Shown piece after piece: positions 25,649-36,300 of a stretch of 64,000 nucleotides of DNA. Under the pieces are notes generated by a model. It saw nothing but the letters and a program-made list of their open reading frames with translations. It was not told the origin of the DNA and made no database searches. The DNA comes from Eledone cirrhosa (Eukaryota). The position numbers were made by a program, and so were the translations under genes. The stretch lies in contig OZ024745.1 of the NCBI GenBank assembly GCA_964016885.1, forward strand, positions 23,622,001 to 23,686,000, read 5' to 3'. Within the stretch, counting starts at the first letter, position 1. The number at the start of each line of letters is the position of its first letter.

Positions 25649-27550
25649 ATGTTAAACGCAGCGAACGAAAATAGTGGTGGGGGGACATCGGTAAGAGTTG
25701 TAAGCTCGCACGCTTTAGTCCCCCCTTCCTTCCCAACTAACGTCATAGAGAAGGAAGGAAAAATTAAAATAAAAACAGACGAATCTGCGGAGAAAAAATA
25801 AAATGACGAAAACACAAATCTGGACTTGGATTCCAACAACGAAAAAAAAAAATTTGAAAAATTGCATGACAATACTAATAACACAAACAAAGACACAACA
25901 AACACAAAAATAACAGTTGAAAATAACACCATATCAGAAAACAAAGCAGACGACAAGATTTCATTTGCACAGAAAACAAAGAAATCTTTGACTTATATAG
26001 CGGAAAAAATTTCAGATGTGGTACGAAGGATCACGGACGCCAAACAATACATAAGTGAAGGAGAGAATGGTATTTTATCGGTAAAAATGCCTCAAGAATT
26101 CACGAAAGACATTGAAAGCCGAACGGTCAAGTTTCGGACCATCAACAACAGTACAAAAAAACCTGAACAGCCTTCTCAAGCAGATATCAAAACAGTACTC
26201 ACAGAAGTACTTAATGAAACCACTTTCATAAGAAAAGACAGACTGTATGGAAGCCTAGCAATTATCATGAAGAACGAATCGGCGGCAAAAAAATGTGCTT
26301 TGTCACCGATTCGTTCGAAAAATTTCACCTTTTATCCATCTTATATGGGGAAAAGAACTCAACGCATATGGCTGGATGCAATGATGCCAGATGTGGACTA
26401 CTGCTGGCTCATAGCTGGCTTCATCGATCCAGTGAATGACAACGTGATTTCCATTGGGAAAACCACAGGCAATGCGTTCAGTGGAACAGGTATAGAGCTG
26501 GTAGTACAAATGAAGCCTGAACGCATCGCCCAACTACCCGACAGAATCCTATTAGAGGACCACGGGTATATAAACATTAGCGTGGAGGGGAGAAGGCCGT
26601 CCTGCCATATCTGTGCAGGCAGAGGGCACCTGAAGGCCGCTTGTCCCCAACTCAACAAAAAGAAAACCCTGCTACCAACACCAGCTCCACCACCACCACA
26701 ACAACAGATAAACAAACAACAAAACTCAGTCTCACCCAACCCGTCCCTCAGTAAAACCACAACACCACCACAACACAAACAGTCACAACACATTACCCCA
26801 AAACAAAATACAGGCCCACCCAACCTCTCACTCAATAAAACAACACAACCACCGCAGACACAACACACAACACAGTCTAACATAGTGACATCCATCTCCC
26901 CCACAAAGAAAACCAACACGGAAACATTACCAGCAAACATACCTCTTCCCTCCAACACTGAAGATAACCCAACGAATTCGGAGGAAGAAACGGAGTCCTT
27001 CAGACAGATTAAAAGGAAAAAAAGAAAGCATGTGCAAAACACACAAGGACAAACAACCCCCACCCAAATCTCAACACAATCCAACAAAACAGAAAACACC
27101 CCTCCAGCAACAAACAAAACCAAACCTGCCCCTCCCCTCTTCGAAACACTCACACCATCGGAAAAAAAGACATTACACTATACTTACATCAACAGAAACA
27201 ATAATAAATTAAATGAACTCATATACAATAATCCTTCGGTACAAACCGAAGGTGTAAACTTTGTTTCGTCAGAAAACTACCCACATTTAAAATTAATAAA
27301 GATCCCAATGAACCTCTACCAAAAACTAAAAAAGGATTTTAAGGAGGACGTAGGACCACCCTCTGTCAAACCCATAAACCGCGTCCTACTAAAAAGCTTT
27401 CCCCCTCCCCTTCCCCTCCCCAACATAACTCCAAACACCCCAACCCCACCACACACTGACGACCCCACACCACCACAAGACACCCCTTCACCCAATACCC
27501 CCGACCCCATGGAAGTCGTGCAACCCGAACCCCGGGAAGCGGAAAGGTAG
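25649..27550 (+). pseudogene. Tx1 element 1 ORF1 (gag-like, zinc knuckle CHICAGRGHLKAAC) with an in-frame TAA at 25799-25801
   Basis: ATG 25649 is in frame with the 25826..27550 ORF, with a single stop at codon 51. Homologous to element 2 ORF1. Confidence 0.85.
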
Positions 27551-27583
27551 GTCTCTACACTCTCCTTCGGCTCTGCCGCCCAC

Positions 27584-30500
27584 ATGGATGTGTTAAGAGT
27601 AGGATGTTTGAATGCACGTGGCCTGGGCTCAACTTGGAAGCAAGCAAAGCTTCTAAATGACCTCAGGTCATGTAGTATAAATGTAATGGTTACCTGTGAG
27701 ACTCGAATCAGCGTCGTGCGGCAGCTGGCCCCCACCTTCGATGACTTTGAGGTGCATGCATCTCTCTGTCAACCTGGAGGTGGGGGTGGGGTTGTCGTAC
27801 TGCTGCAAAAACACCTGGGTCTTGCCGTACAGGTTGTGCACTCGGACCCGGAGGGTCGTTTGTTGGTGCTAGACGTTGGCAGTAGTGAAAGTGCGGCCTT
27901 GAGACTGGTCGCCGTCTACTCCCCTTTCGCAGCTGAACGGCCCGACTTCTTCCAGCGTTTGGAGACTTTTCTGGGAACGTCGCGTTCCCTGCTTCTAGCG
28001 AGGGATTGGAATGACATCCTGGATGCACGTTGGGACTATGCAGGAGCATGTCCTAATAGAGGGGGGTGTAACAGCCTCAAGGGGTTACTCGACCGTTTTA
28101 ACTTGGTCGATAGATATCGACTAGATTTTCCAACTGTGCCTACCTGGACTTGGAGAAACCACAGTGGTCAATCTAGATCGTACTTAGATAGATTCTTAGT
28201 TAGAAGTAAGGATAGGGACATATTAACCTGTCCAGAAATGCGCACGGTTGGCTACACGGATCACAAATTAGTGACCTGCGTGGTCAATCTCGAGAAAACA
28301 CATAGACAGGGTCCCGGTTACTGGAAACTTAATTTGTCTTTACCGGCAAAAGAGACTTACAGAAACCGGATTAGCAGATTAGTTAAGGAGAGGTTGACGG
28401 GTGCAATCGTCAACAACCGATGGTGGGCATCTCTCAAAAGAGAGATTAGAACAGAATCAATAAGTTATAGCAAGATGTTAGCTGCCGATAGGAATAGAAA
28501 CGAGAAAGAATTAACAGGTAAATTAGAAGAGGCAATCAAGAGCGAAGATGTGGCCAGAGTGCTGGCATCGAGGACGGCCTTGAACCAGTTTTTCGATGCT
28601 AAGCACGAAGGCTGCGTCATTCGAAGTAAAATACGTGCTCTAGGTAATGAGGGGGCCAAAGCCGTTGGATGGGCCCGCGTGACAGAAGCTAAGAGTGGAA
28701 ATCGATCCACCATCCGGTCGTTGCAAGACGAAGATGGACGGGTGATCCGGGAGCCTAAGCAGATGTGCGAGGCCTTTCAAAGGCACTTTGCCCGATTGTT
28801 CGGGGGAGGCGAGGGTCCGGGCGGGGGCGTGGATTTCGGTCCATACCTCGACGGCCTGCCGCGTCTCTCGAACGAAGAGGCAGAGTCCTGCGAGGGACCA
28901 ATCTCGGCTGATGAGATCGGAGATGCGCTGAGCCAATGCAGCAGACGCAAATCTCCAGGTCTCGATGGTATACCTTACGAACTTTATTTAGCAATGCCGG
29001 TCTTCTTCTCCGAACTCCTCGAAGCGGTCTACTGCAATGGGCAGCAGAACGGGAGAATTCCTTGCTCTGTAGCCAAGGGCGTAGTCACGCTGGTGAGGAA
29101 GGACGAGAACAAGGGGGATAGTATAAATAATTTTCGGCCCATAACCCTGCTAAACACAGAGTTAAAGATTTTGGCCAAGGTGTTAGCAAAGAGGTTGGCG
29201 CTTGTCGTGGGTGGCCTGGTGGGAGATGCGCAGACATGTGCTATCCCATCCAGGTCCATTCACGATAACCTCCACCTCATGCGATACATCATAGAGAGGG
29301 TTGGGAACAAACCCGGCTTCGGTGGGGCCCTGATCAACTTGGATCAGTCTAAGGCCTTCGATAGGGTCGACCATGGTTACCTGGATGCGGTGCTAGAGGC
29401 GGCTGGGTTCGGTCCTGTTTTCAGAGGCTGGATCACTGCCCTACATAGCAACCACATCTGTTCTAGGATCAAGGTGAACGGCTACCTTTCGAAGCCGTTC
29501 GAAATCACACGATCCATTCGACAGGGGTGCCCTCTCTCCTCCCTTCTGTACGTATTGACTCTCGAACCTTTACTGAGGAAGTTGGAGTTGTTGCAGGGTA
29601 TCCCCCTGGAACCAGGATTGAGCAAAGCGGTGTCGGCCTACGCCGATGACGTAACAGTAATGGTATCAACCGACTCGGAGATCGAGGCGATCGGTACCTT
29701 ACTGGAGGAGTACGAAAGGTTGTCAGGAGCGAAACTGAACCGGGAAAAATCCATCGGGCTGCAACTCGGAACGTGGAGAGGCAGACCGATGCCTCCTGAC
29801 GGTGTCGTCGGACACTGGACGGAGGGCCCGGTAAGGTTGCTTGGGGTCTGGTTTGGACCGGACCTCCAGGTGGAAAAGAACTGGAACGAGGTTACGAACA
29901 AGGTGTTTGCACTAACCCAGAAATGGGCCAAGTGTAAGCTGTCCCTAAAAGGCCGGGCGGAGGTGGCGAACATTTACATAGCGTCCGTCACTTACTACCG
30001 CCTGACTGTCGTGCCTTGCCCTAAGGAAACACTCACCACCATGGAACGCATGCTCTTCCAATTTCTTTGGAAGAAGCGTCCTCCTATGGTGAGAAGATCC
30101 ATCTGCTGCCAACAACCTTCGAAAGGAGGGCTGGGGATGCCGTGGTTGATGATGCGTAGGCACGCATTAAGGCTACGGCACCTACAGGTATTCCTCACTG
30201 GTCAACCGGTGTGGGCTCCGTTCGTGAAACGAGCCTTTCCGAGACTCGTCTCGCTCACCGAGCTACAGTCCTGGGTCAAGCAAAGATCCGGAAAACTGGG
30301 AGACTGGCACACTGAGTGTGCTCAGGCGCTCAGGGCTCTCTGGCAAGCGGGCCAGGCCATCGGTGGAGAATCCACCTCAGCATTCTATAGAGGGCTGGTG
30401 GCTAGCAGGGGCGATGACACCCTTGGAGAGTCGCTGGACATGGAAGAAGACGAACTGGCCAGCCTGTTCGGTAGGACTTTCGGCCCAGGACCAATGGACA

Positions 30501-31021
30501 ACTTCCAGAAGTCACTGGCCTGGCAGTGCTACCGGGGGGCTCTACCCGTTCGAGAGAGGCTTTACAGACACGGGCGCCCGGGCAGGGATCCCTCAAAAAA
30601 GATTTGCCCTAGATGCGTGCGTCACGAAGAAACCGATGCGCACGCATTGGTGCAATGTCCGGGCGTGGCTGATCTGTGGGGCTACGCCGAACGACTGCTG
30701 TCGCGGGTGGCGCCGATTAAATTGACCGCCGAGTCCGTGATGACAATCAAACCGCCTCCCCTCTTCACAAAGGAAGCAAAGGCGGTTTTTCTGTGCGTAA
30801 TAGCCATGTTGAAAGAGGTTGTTTGGTGGACACGATTGAAAGGTCTGAGGTCAGGCAACTTCCACTCTGGCCATAGTCTGGTCTACTTCTTCCGATATCA
30901 CTTCGGAAGAAGGATAAGAATGGAGAGAGAGGTGCTTGGCCACAGGCAGTTTTATGAAAGGTGGGTGATAGTGGCGAGAATGGCTCGTGTAAATGGGCCT
31001 TCTCTGTATACCATCCTGTAG
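27584..31021 (+). CDS. Tx1 element 1 ORF2: APE endonuclease, reverse transcriptase and C-terminal CCHC finger (1145 aa)
   Basis: Motifs CLNARGL, SYLDRF, TDHK, GPGYWKLN, KSPGLDG, FRPITLLN, LDQSKAFDRVDH, RQGCPLS, YADD, GGLG and CPRC..E...HALVQC. The GDWN motif reads RDWN here (28001). Confidence 0.95.
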   Translation: MDVLRVGCLNARGLGSTWKQAKLLNDLRSCSINVMVTCETRISVVRQLAPTFDDFEVHASLCQPGGGGGVVVLLQKHLGLAVQVVHSDPEGRLLVLDVGSSESAALRLVAVYSPFAAERPDFFQRLETFLGTSRSLLLARDWNDILDARWDYAGACPNRGGCNSLKGLLDRFNLVDRYRLDFPTVPTWTWRNHSGQSRSYLDRFLVRSKDRDILTCPEMRTVGYTDHKLVTCVVNLEKTHRQGPGYWKLNLSLPAKETYRNRISRLVKERLTGAIVNNRWWASLKREIRTESISYSKMLAADRNRNEKELTGKLEEAIKSEDVARVLASRTALNQFFDAKHEGCVIRSKIRALGNEGAKAVGWARVTEAKSGNRSTIRSLQDEDGRVIREPKQMCEAFQRHFARLFGGGEGPGGGVDFGPYLDGLPRLSNEEAESCEGPISADEIGDALSQCSRRKSPGLDGIPYELYLAMPVFFSELLEAVYCNGQQNGRIPCSVAKGVVTLVRKDENKGDSINNFRPITLLNTELKILAKVLAKRLALVVGGLVGDAQTCAIPSRSIHDNLHLMRYIIERVGNKPGFGGALINLDQSKAFDRVDHGYLDAVLEAAGFGPVFRGWITALHSNHICSRIKVNGYLSKPFEITRSIRQGCPLSSLLYVLTLEPLLRKLELLQGIPLEPGLSKAVSAYADDVTVMVSTDSEIEAIGTLLEEYERLSGAKLNREKSIGLQLGTWRGRPMPPDGVVGHWTEGPVRLLGVWFGPDLQVEKNWNEVTNKVFALTQKWAKCKLSLKGRAEVANIYIASVTYYRLTVVPCPKETLTTMERMLFQFLWKKRPPMVRRSICCQQPSKGGLGMPWLMMRRHALRLRHLQVFLTGQPVWAPFVKRAFPRLVSLTELQSWVKQRSGKLGDWHTECAQALRALWQAGQAIGGESTSAFYRGLVASRGDDTLGESLDMEEDELASLFGRTFGPGPMDNFQKSLAWQCYRGALPVRERLYRHGRPGRDPSKKICPRCVRHEETDAHALVQCPGVADLWGYAERLLSRVAPIKLTAESVMTIKPPPLFTKEAKAVFLCVIAMLKEVVWWTRLKGLRSGNFHSGHSLVYFFRYHFGRRIRMEREVLGHRQFYERWVIVARMARVNGPSLYTIL

Positions 31022-31235
31022 GTAAAGAAGTAAAGGAGAGGGGAGCACCTTCTCCATGTGCTCCCCGGGCAAAGGATTGCACACTTTTTCGGGGGTGTGT
31101 GCAACCCCCATCACGTCCCCTCCCTTTTGAGGTTATTTTCGATTATTTTCATGTTACACCCTTTTTACTCGATTATATGTAAACTCCCCCTTTGTATTTG
31201 TCTCTTCTTTTTATGCCTTTATGGTAAATAAAGAA

Positions 31236-31263
31236 ATCTATCTATCTATCTATCTATCTATCT
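31236..31263. repeat. (ATCT)7 spacer between the two Tx1 elements
   Basis: Directly visible. Confidence 0.97.
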
Positions 31264-31465
31264 TGATAGAGTAAGACACGCTTCGCATCGGCTCCGCTAT
31301 TCCATCGGGATTTACCCTTACTATTGTAAGTACCGGATAAATTTTTTAGTGCAACACATTTGGAACACTAACCCCTGTTATTTAGGGAAACATTTTTGCA
31401 TTTACCCCCTTTTTAGGGGGTAAAATAAATATCTATTTTTGCCGAAAAATTTCTTTCTTGGCAGC

Positions 31466-33301
31466 ATGGCGGAAAAGATGGCAGACATGTCTGCCATTAG
31501 CTCTGCCACGCCCCCCAAGTCTGAAGAACAAAAAATAATTACAACAAAATTAGACATTGAAACAAACAAACAAAATGAAAAAACAAATGTTAAGGAAAAT
31601 GAGCAAACAGAAAACAAACAAACAGAAAATAATACAAATAACGACAGGGCAACTTTCGCCCAGAAAACAAAGCAATCCATTACATACACACCAATTGACC
31701 TAACTGCCGCCAGAGAAAAACTGGCCGAAGCAAAGAAACATATTGTTTTGGGGGAGAACGGAATGTTTTCCATTAACTCCCCCCCAGAATTCAAGAAAGC
31801 CAGAGCAGAAAACACAGTTATATACAGAACTATACTGAACCAGACAAGAAAGCCAGCACAGCCCAGCCAAATGGAAATAGAGTTAGTCCTAAAAGACTAT
31901 ATGAAGAATATTCTCTTCATACGAAAGGACCGACTCTATGGCAGCATTTCGGTCCTAACAAGAGACAAAGAAACGGCGGAGAAGCTTTCCCTAAGCCCAC
32001 TCTCGTCGACAACATATAGCTTCTATCCCTCCTACATGGGTAGAAGAACACAGAGAGTAAAAGTAAAAACAATGCTGCCCACAATGGACTTCTGGTGGGC
32101 TATTGCTGGCTTCATTGATATGGGCGAAGACACTATGCTGTCAATGGGGAAGGCAACTGGAGATGCGTTCCTGGGAATGGGCCTCGACATACTAGTCCAA
32201 ATGAGGCCCGAAAGAATAGCACAAATCCCGGATCGCATCTGGCTGGATGACCTTACCCCAATAGACATAATTGTAGAGGGGAGAAGACCAGCATGCTATT
32301 TATGCATGGAAAGGGGACACGTTAAGGCTAACTGCCCGAAACGTATCCCCCAAAAAGGACTATTGCCCACACCCACCACAAACAGTACACCAGCACCACC
32401 CACCTCCAAAAATACACTAATACCACACACAGCAAACAAAATACAGACACCACCAACCACAAACACAACACAAACATCACCACCACCAGCACCAAACACA
32501 AGCACGACACAAAAATCACCACCACCAACCACAACACAAACATCACCACCACCATCACCAACCACAAGCACGACACAAACATTACCACCACCACCACCAC
32601 AAAACCCATTCCAAACAAATAATAAAAAAAACAGTAACAAATCTACCCCTCCCGCAAAAAAAAAACAACCACACAACACGTCCCTCCCACCTAGCGCTGA
32701 AGAGTTTCCCCCAACTTCTGAAGAAGAAGGAGGAGAAGCCTTCAGACAAGTTAAAAGAAAAAAAAGAAAACACACACCCAGCACACCACAAATAACCCAC
32801 ACACAAACACCAACTCCAATCAAAAACACCCCACCCTCAACAAACAAAAATAAATCTGCGCCTCCCCTCTCCGAAACATTGACAGCATCACAAAAAAAGA
32901 CGTTGTAATACACATATATAAATAAAGAAAACAAAAAACTGGTTAAATTAATAAACAATAACCCTATGGTGCAGACCGAAGGGCCAAACTTTATCTCAAC
33001 AGAGAACTTCACCCATTTAAAAATGATAAAGGTCCCTCTGGACCTTTATCGTTCCTTAAAAGAACAATTTAGACGGGACGTGAGCCCCCCCTGTTTAAAA
33101 CCGTTGAATCGCGTCCTCTTGAAAGATTTCCCCATAACCGCCCCTCTCCCTGACACAACTCCAAATACCCCAACCCCACCACACACGTGTACCCCCACAC
33201 CACCACAAAACATCCCTCCACCCAACACACCTGATGCCATGGAAATTACGCAACCCGGAGAGGTAAGTGCTTTTCTTTCTTCACTTTCAACACCAAAATA
33301 G
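31466..33301 (+). pseudogene. Tx1 element 2 ORF1 (zinc knuckle CYLCMERGHVKANC) with an in-frame TAA at 32906-32908
   Basis: ORFs 31439..32908 and 32966..33301 are in one frame. KKTL*YTYIN aligns with KKTLHYTYIN of element 1. Confidence 0.88.
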
Positions 33302-36300
33302 ATCAATTGAGAGTTGGCTGTTTGAACGCGCGTGGCCTGAGCTCAGCTTGGAAGCAAGCAAAGCTTCTAAGTGACCTCAGGTCACAAAGTATAGATGTGA
33401 TGGTTGTTTGCGAGAGTCGGATCAGCAGCGTGAGACAGCTGGCGCCCGCCTTCGATGACTTTGAGATGCACGCATCTCTCTGTCAACCCGGAGGCGGCGG
33501 GGGAGTTGCCGTACTGCTGGATAAACGTCTGACTCTCGACGTACAGATTGTTCACTCGGACCCGGGGGGTCGATTACTGGTGCTGGACGTCGGAGGTGGT
33601 GAAGGCGGGGCTTTCAGACTGGTCGGTCTTTATGCTCCCTTCGGGGCGGAAAGAGCCGACTTCTTCCAACGTCTGGAGACTTTTCTAGGAACGTCGCGTT
33701 CCCTGCTTTTAGTGGGGGACTGGAATGGAATCCTAGATGCGCGTTGGGACTATGCAGGGGCATGTCCCGATAGAGGGGGGTGTAGCAGCCTCAAGGGGTT
33801 ACTCGATCGATTCGACCTGGTCGATAGATTTCGACTAGATTGTCCAACTGCGCCAACCTGGACCTGGGCAAACCGCAGTGGACAATCTAGATCGTACCTA
33901 GATAGGTTTTTGGTTAGGAGTAAGGATAGGGACGTATTTAGTTGTCCAGAACTGATCATGGTTGGCTATTCAGATCACAAATTAGTGACCTGCGTGGTCA
34001 ACCTTGATAGAACGCATAGACAGGGTCCCGGTTACTGGAAGATGAACTTGTCCTTACCGACAAAGAAAGATTACAGAAACCGGATTAGTAGCTTAGTTAA
34101 GATGCGGTTGACGGGAGCGATCGTCAACAGTAGGTGGTGGATATCTCTAAAGAGAGAGATTAGAGTAAGTTCGATAGGTTACAGTAAGGAACTAGCGGCG
34201 AATAGAAATAGGAGGGAAAGGGAGTTAACAGATAAACTAGAAGAGGCGATTAGGAGCGGAGACGTAGCCAGAGTGTTAGCGACGAGAACGGCATTGAGCC
34301 AGTTCTTTGACGCGAAGCACGAAGGCTGCGTTGTCCGAAGTAAAATACGTGCTTTAGGAAACGAGGGGACCAAAGCTGTTAGCTGGGCCCGCGTGACAGA
34401 AGCCAAGAGTGGGATTAAATCCACCATTCGGTCTTTGCGAGACCAGGATGGACGGGTGATCCTTGAACCTGAGCGAATGTGCGAGACCTTTCAAAGGCAC
34501 TTTGCTCGACTGTTCGGAGGTGGCGGGGGGCCGGACGGGGATGTGGACTTCGGTCCATACCTCGACGGTCTACCGCGTCTTTCGAGCGGCGAAGCGGAGT
34601 GCTGCGAAGGGCCAATCACAGCCACTGAAATCGGGGAAGCGCTCAGCCAATGCAGCAGACGCAAATCCCCGGGTCTCGATGGTCTACCATACGAACTTTA
34701 TTTAGCTATGCCGGTCTTGTTCTCCGAACTCCTCGAGGCTGTCTATTGCAACTGGCAACAGAACGGGAGAATTCCCTGTTCCGTGACCAAGGGCGTGGTC
34801 ACGCTAGTGAGGAAGGACGAGAGCAAGGGGGACGACTTAAGTAACTTTAGGCCCATAACTCTGCTGAATGCAGAGTTACAGATTTTGGCCAAGGTGTTGG
34901 CGAAGAGGTTGGCGCTTGTGGTGGGTGGTTTGGTGGGAGACGCGCAGACATGCACTATCCCGTCCAGGTCCATTCACGACAACCTCCACCTCATGCGATA
35001 CATCATAGAGAGGGTTGGCTACGAACCCGGCTTTGGTGGGGCCCTGATCAACTTGGATCAATCTAAGGCGTTCGATAGGGTCGACCATGGTTACCTGGAT
35101 GCGGTGCTAGCGGCGGCGGGCTTCGGACCCGTTTTCAGGGGCTGGATTTCTGCCATGCACAGTGGCAACATCTACTCTAGGATTAAAGTAAACGGCTACC
35201 TCTCGGAGCCGTTTCAAATCACCCGATCCATCAGACAGGGGTGCCCCCTCTCCTCCCTTCTGTACGTATTGACTCTCGAGCCACTGCTGCGGAAGTTGGA
35301 GTTGCTGCGGGGCATACCCCTGGAACCGGGATTGCACAAAGTGGTCTCGGCCTATGCCGACGACGTAACAGTAATGGTGGCGGACGCCTCGGAAATCGGG
35401 GCGATCGCCACCCTACTGGAGGAATACGAAAGGCTGACGGGGGCTAAGCTGAACCAGGACAAGTCAGTCGGTTTGCAACTCGGAACGTGGAGGGGCAAAC
35501 CGATGCCGTTAGACGGTGTCGTCGGGCGGTGGACGGAGGGCCCGGTGAAGCTGCTCGGGGTCTGGTTCGGACCGGACCTCCAGGTGGAGAAGAATTGGGG
35601 CGAGGTGACGAGCAGGGTGTTTGCGCTGACCCAGAAGTGGGCCAAGTGCAAACTATCACTGAAAGGTCGGGCGGAGGTGACGAACGCTTACATAGCGTCC
35701 GTCATCTACTACCGCCTGACCGTCGTGCCTTGCCCCAAGGAAAAGCTCACCATCATGGAACGCATGCTCTTCCAGTTCCTCTGGAAGAAGCGGCCTCCCA
35801 TGGTGAGGAGATCCATCTGCTGCCAGCACCCTTCGAAAGGAGGGCTGGGTATGCCGTGGCTGTTGATGCGTAGGCACGCATTGAGGCTACGGCATCTACA
35901 GGTATTCCTCAACGGTCAGCCGGTGTGGGCCCCGTTTGTGAGGCGAGCCTTCCCACAGCTCGTCTCGCTCACCGAACTGCAATCCTGGGTGAAGCAAAGA
36001 CCGAGAAAACTGGGCAACTGGCACACTGAGTGTGCCCAGGCGCTCACGGCTATCTGGCAAGCGGACCCGACTGTCAGTGGAGAATCTACCTCGACATTCT
36101 ATAGAGGGTTGGTGGCTAGCAGGGGCGACGACACCCTTGGAGAGTCGCTAGGCATGGAGGAGGACGAACTGGCCAGCCTGTTCGGTAGAACTTTCGGCCC
36201 GGGACCCATGGACAACTTCCAGAGGTCCCTAGCCTGGCAGTGTTACCGGGGGGCTCTGCCCGTTCGAGAAAAGCTCTACAGACACGGGCGCCCGGGCAGG

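Larger units (their letters stand above)
25419..31235 (+). mobile_element. Full-length Tx1/L1-clade non-LTR retrotransposon, element 1
   Basis: 5' UTR, CCHC ORF1, APE-RT-zf ORF2 and a structured 3' UTR. AATAAA at 31227-31232 runs into (ATCT)7. Confidence 0.95.

Noticed and set aside
27547-27602. Short intron fusing ORF1 to ORF2
   Set aside because: It works only with a weak AAG acceptor in element 1. Equivalent acceptors in element 2 (33301, 33311) give stops or frameshifts.
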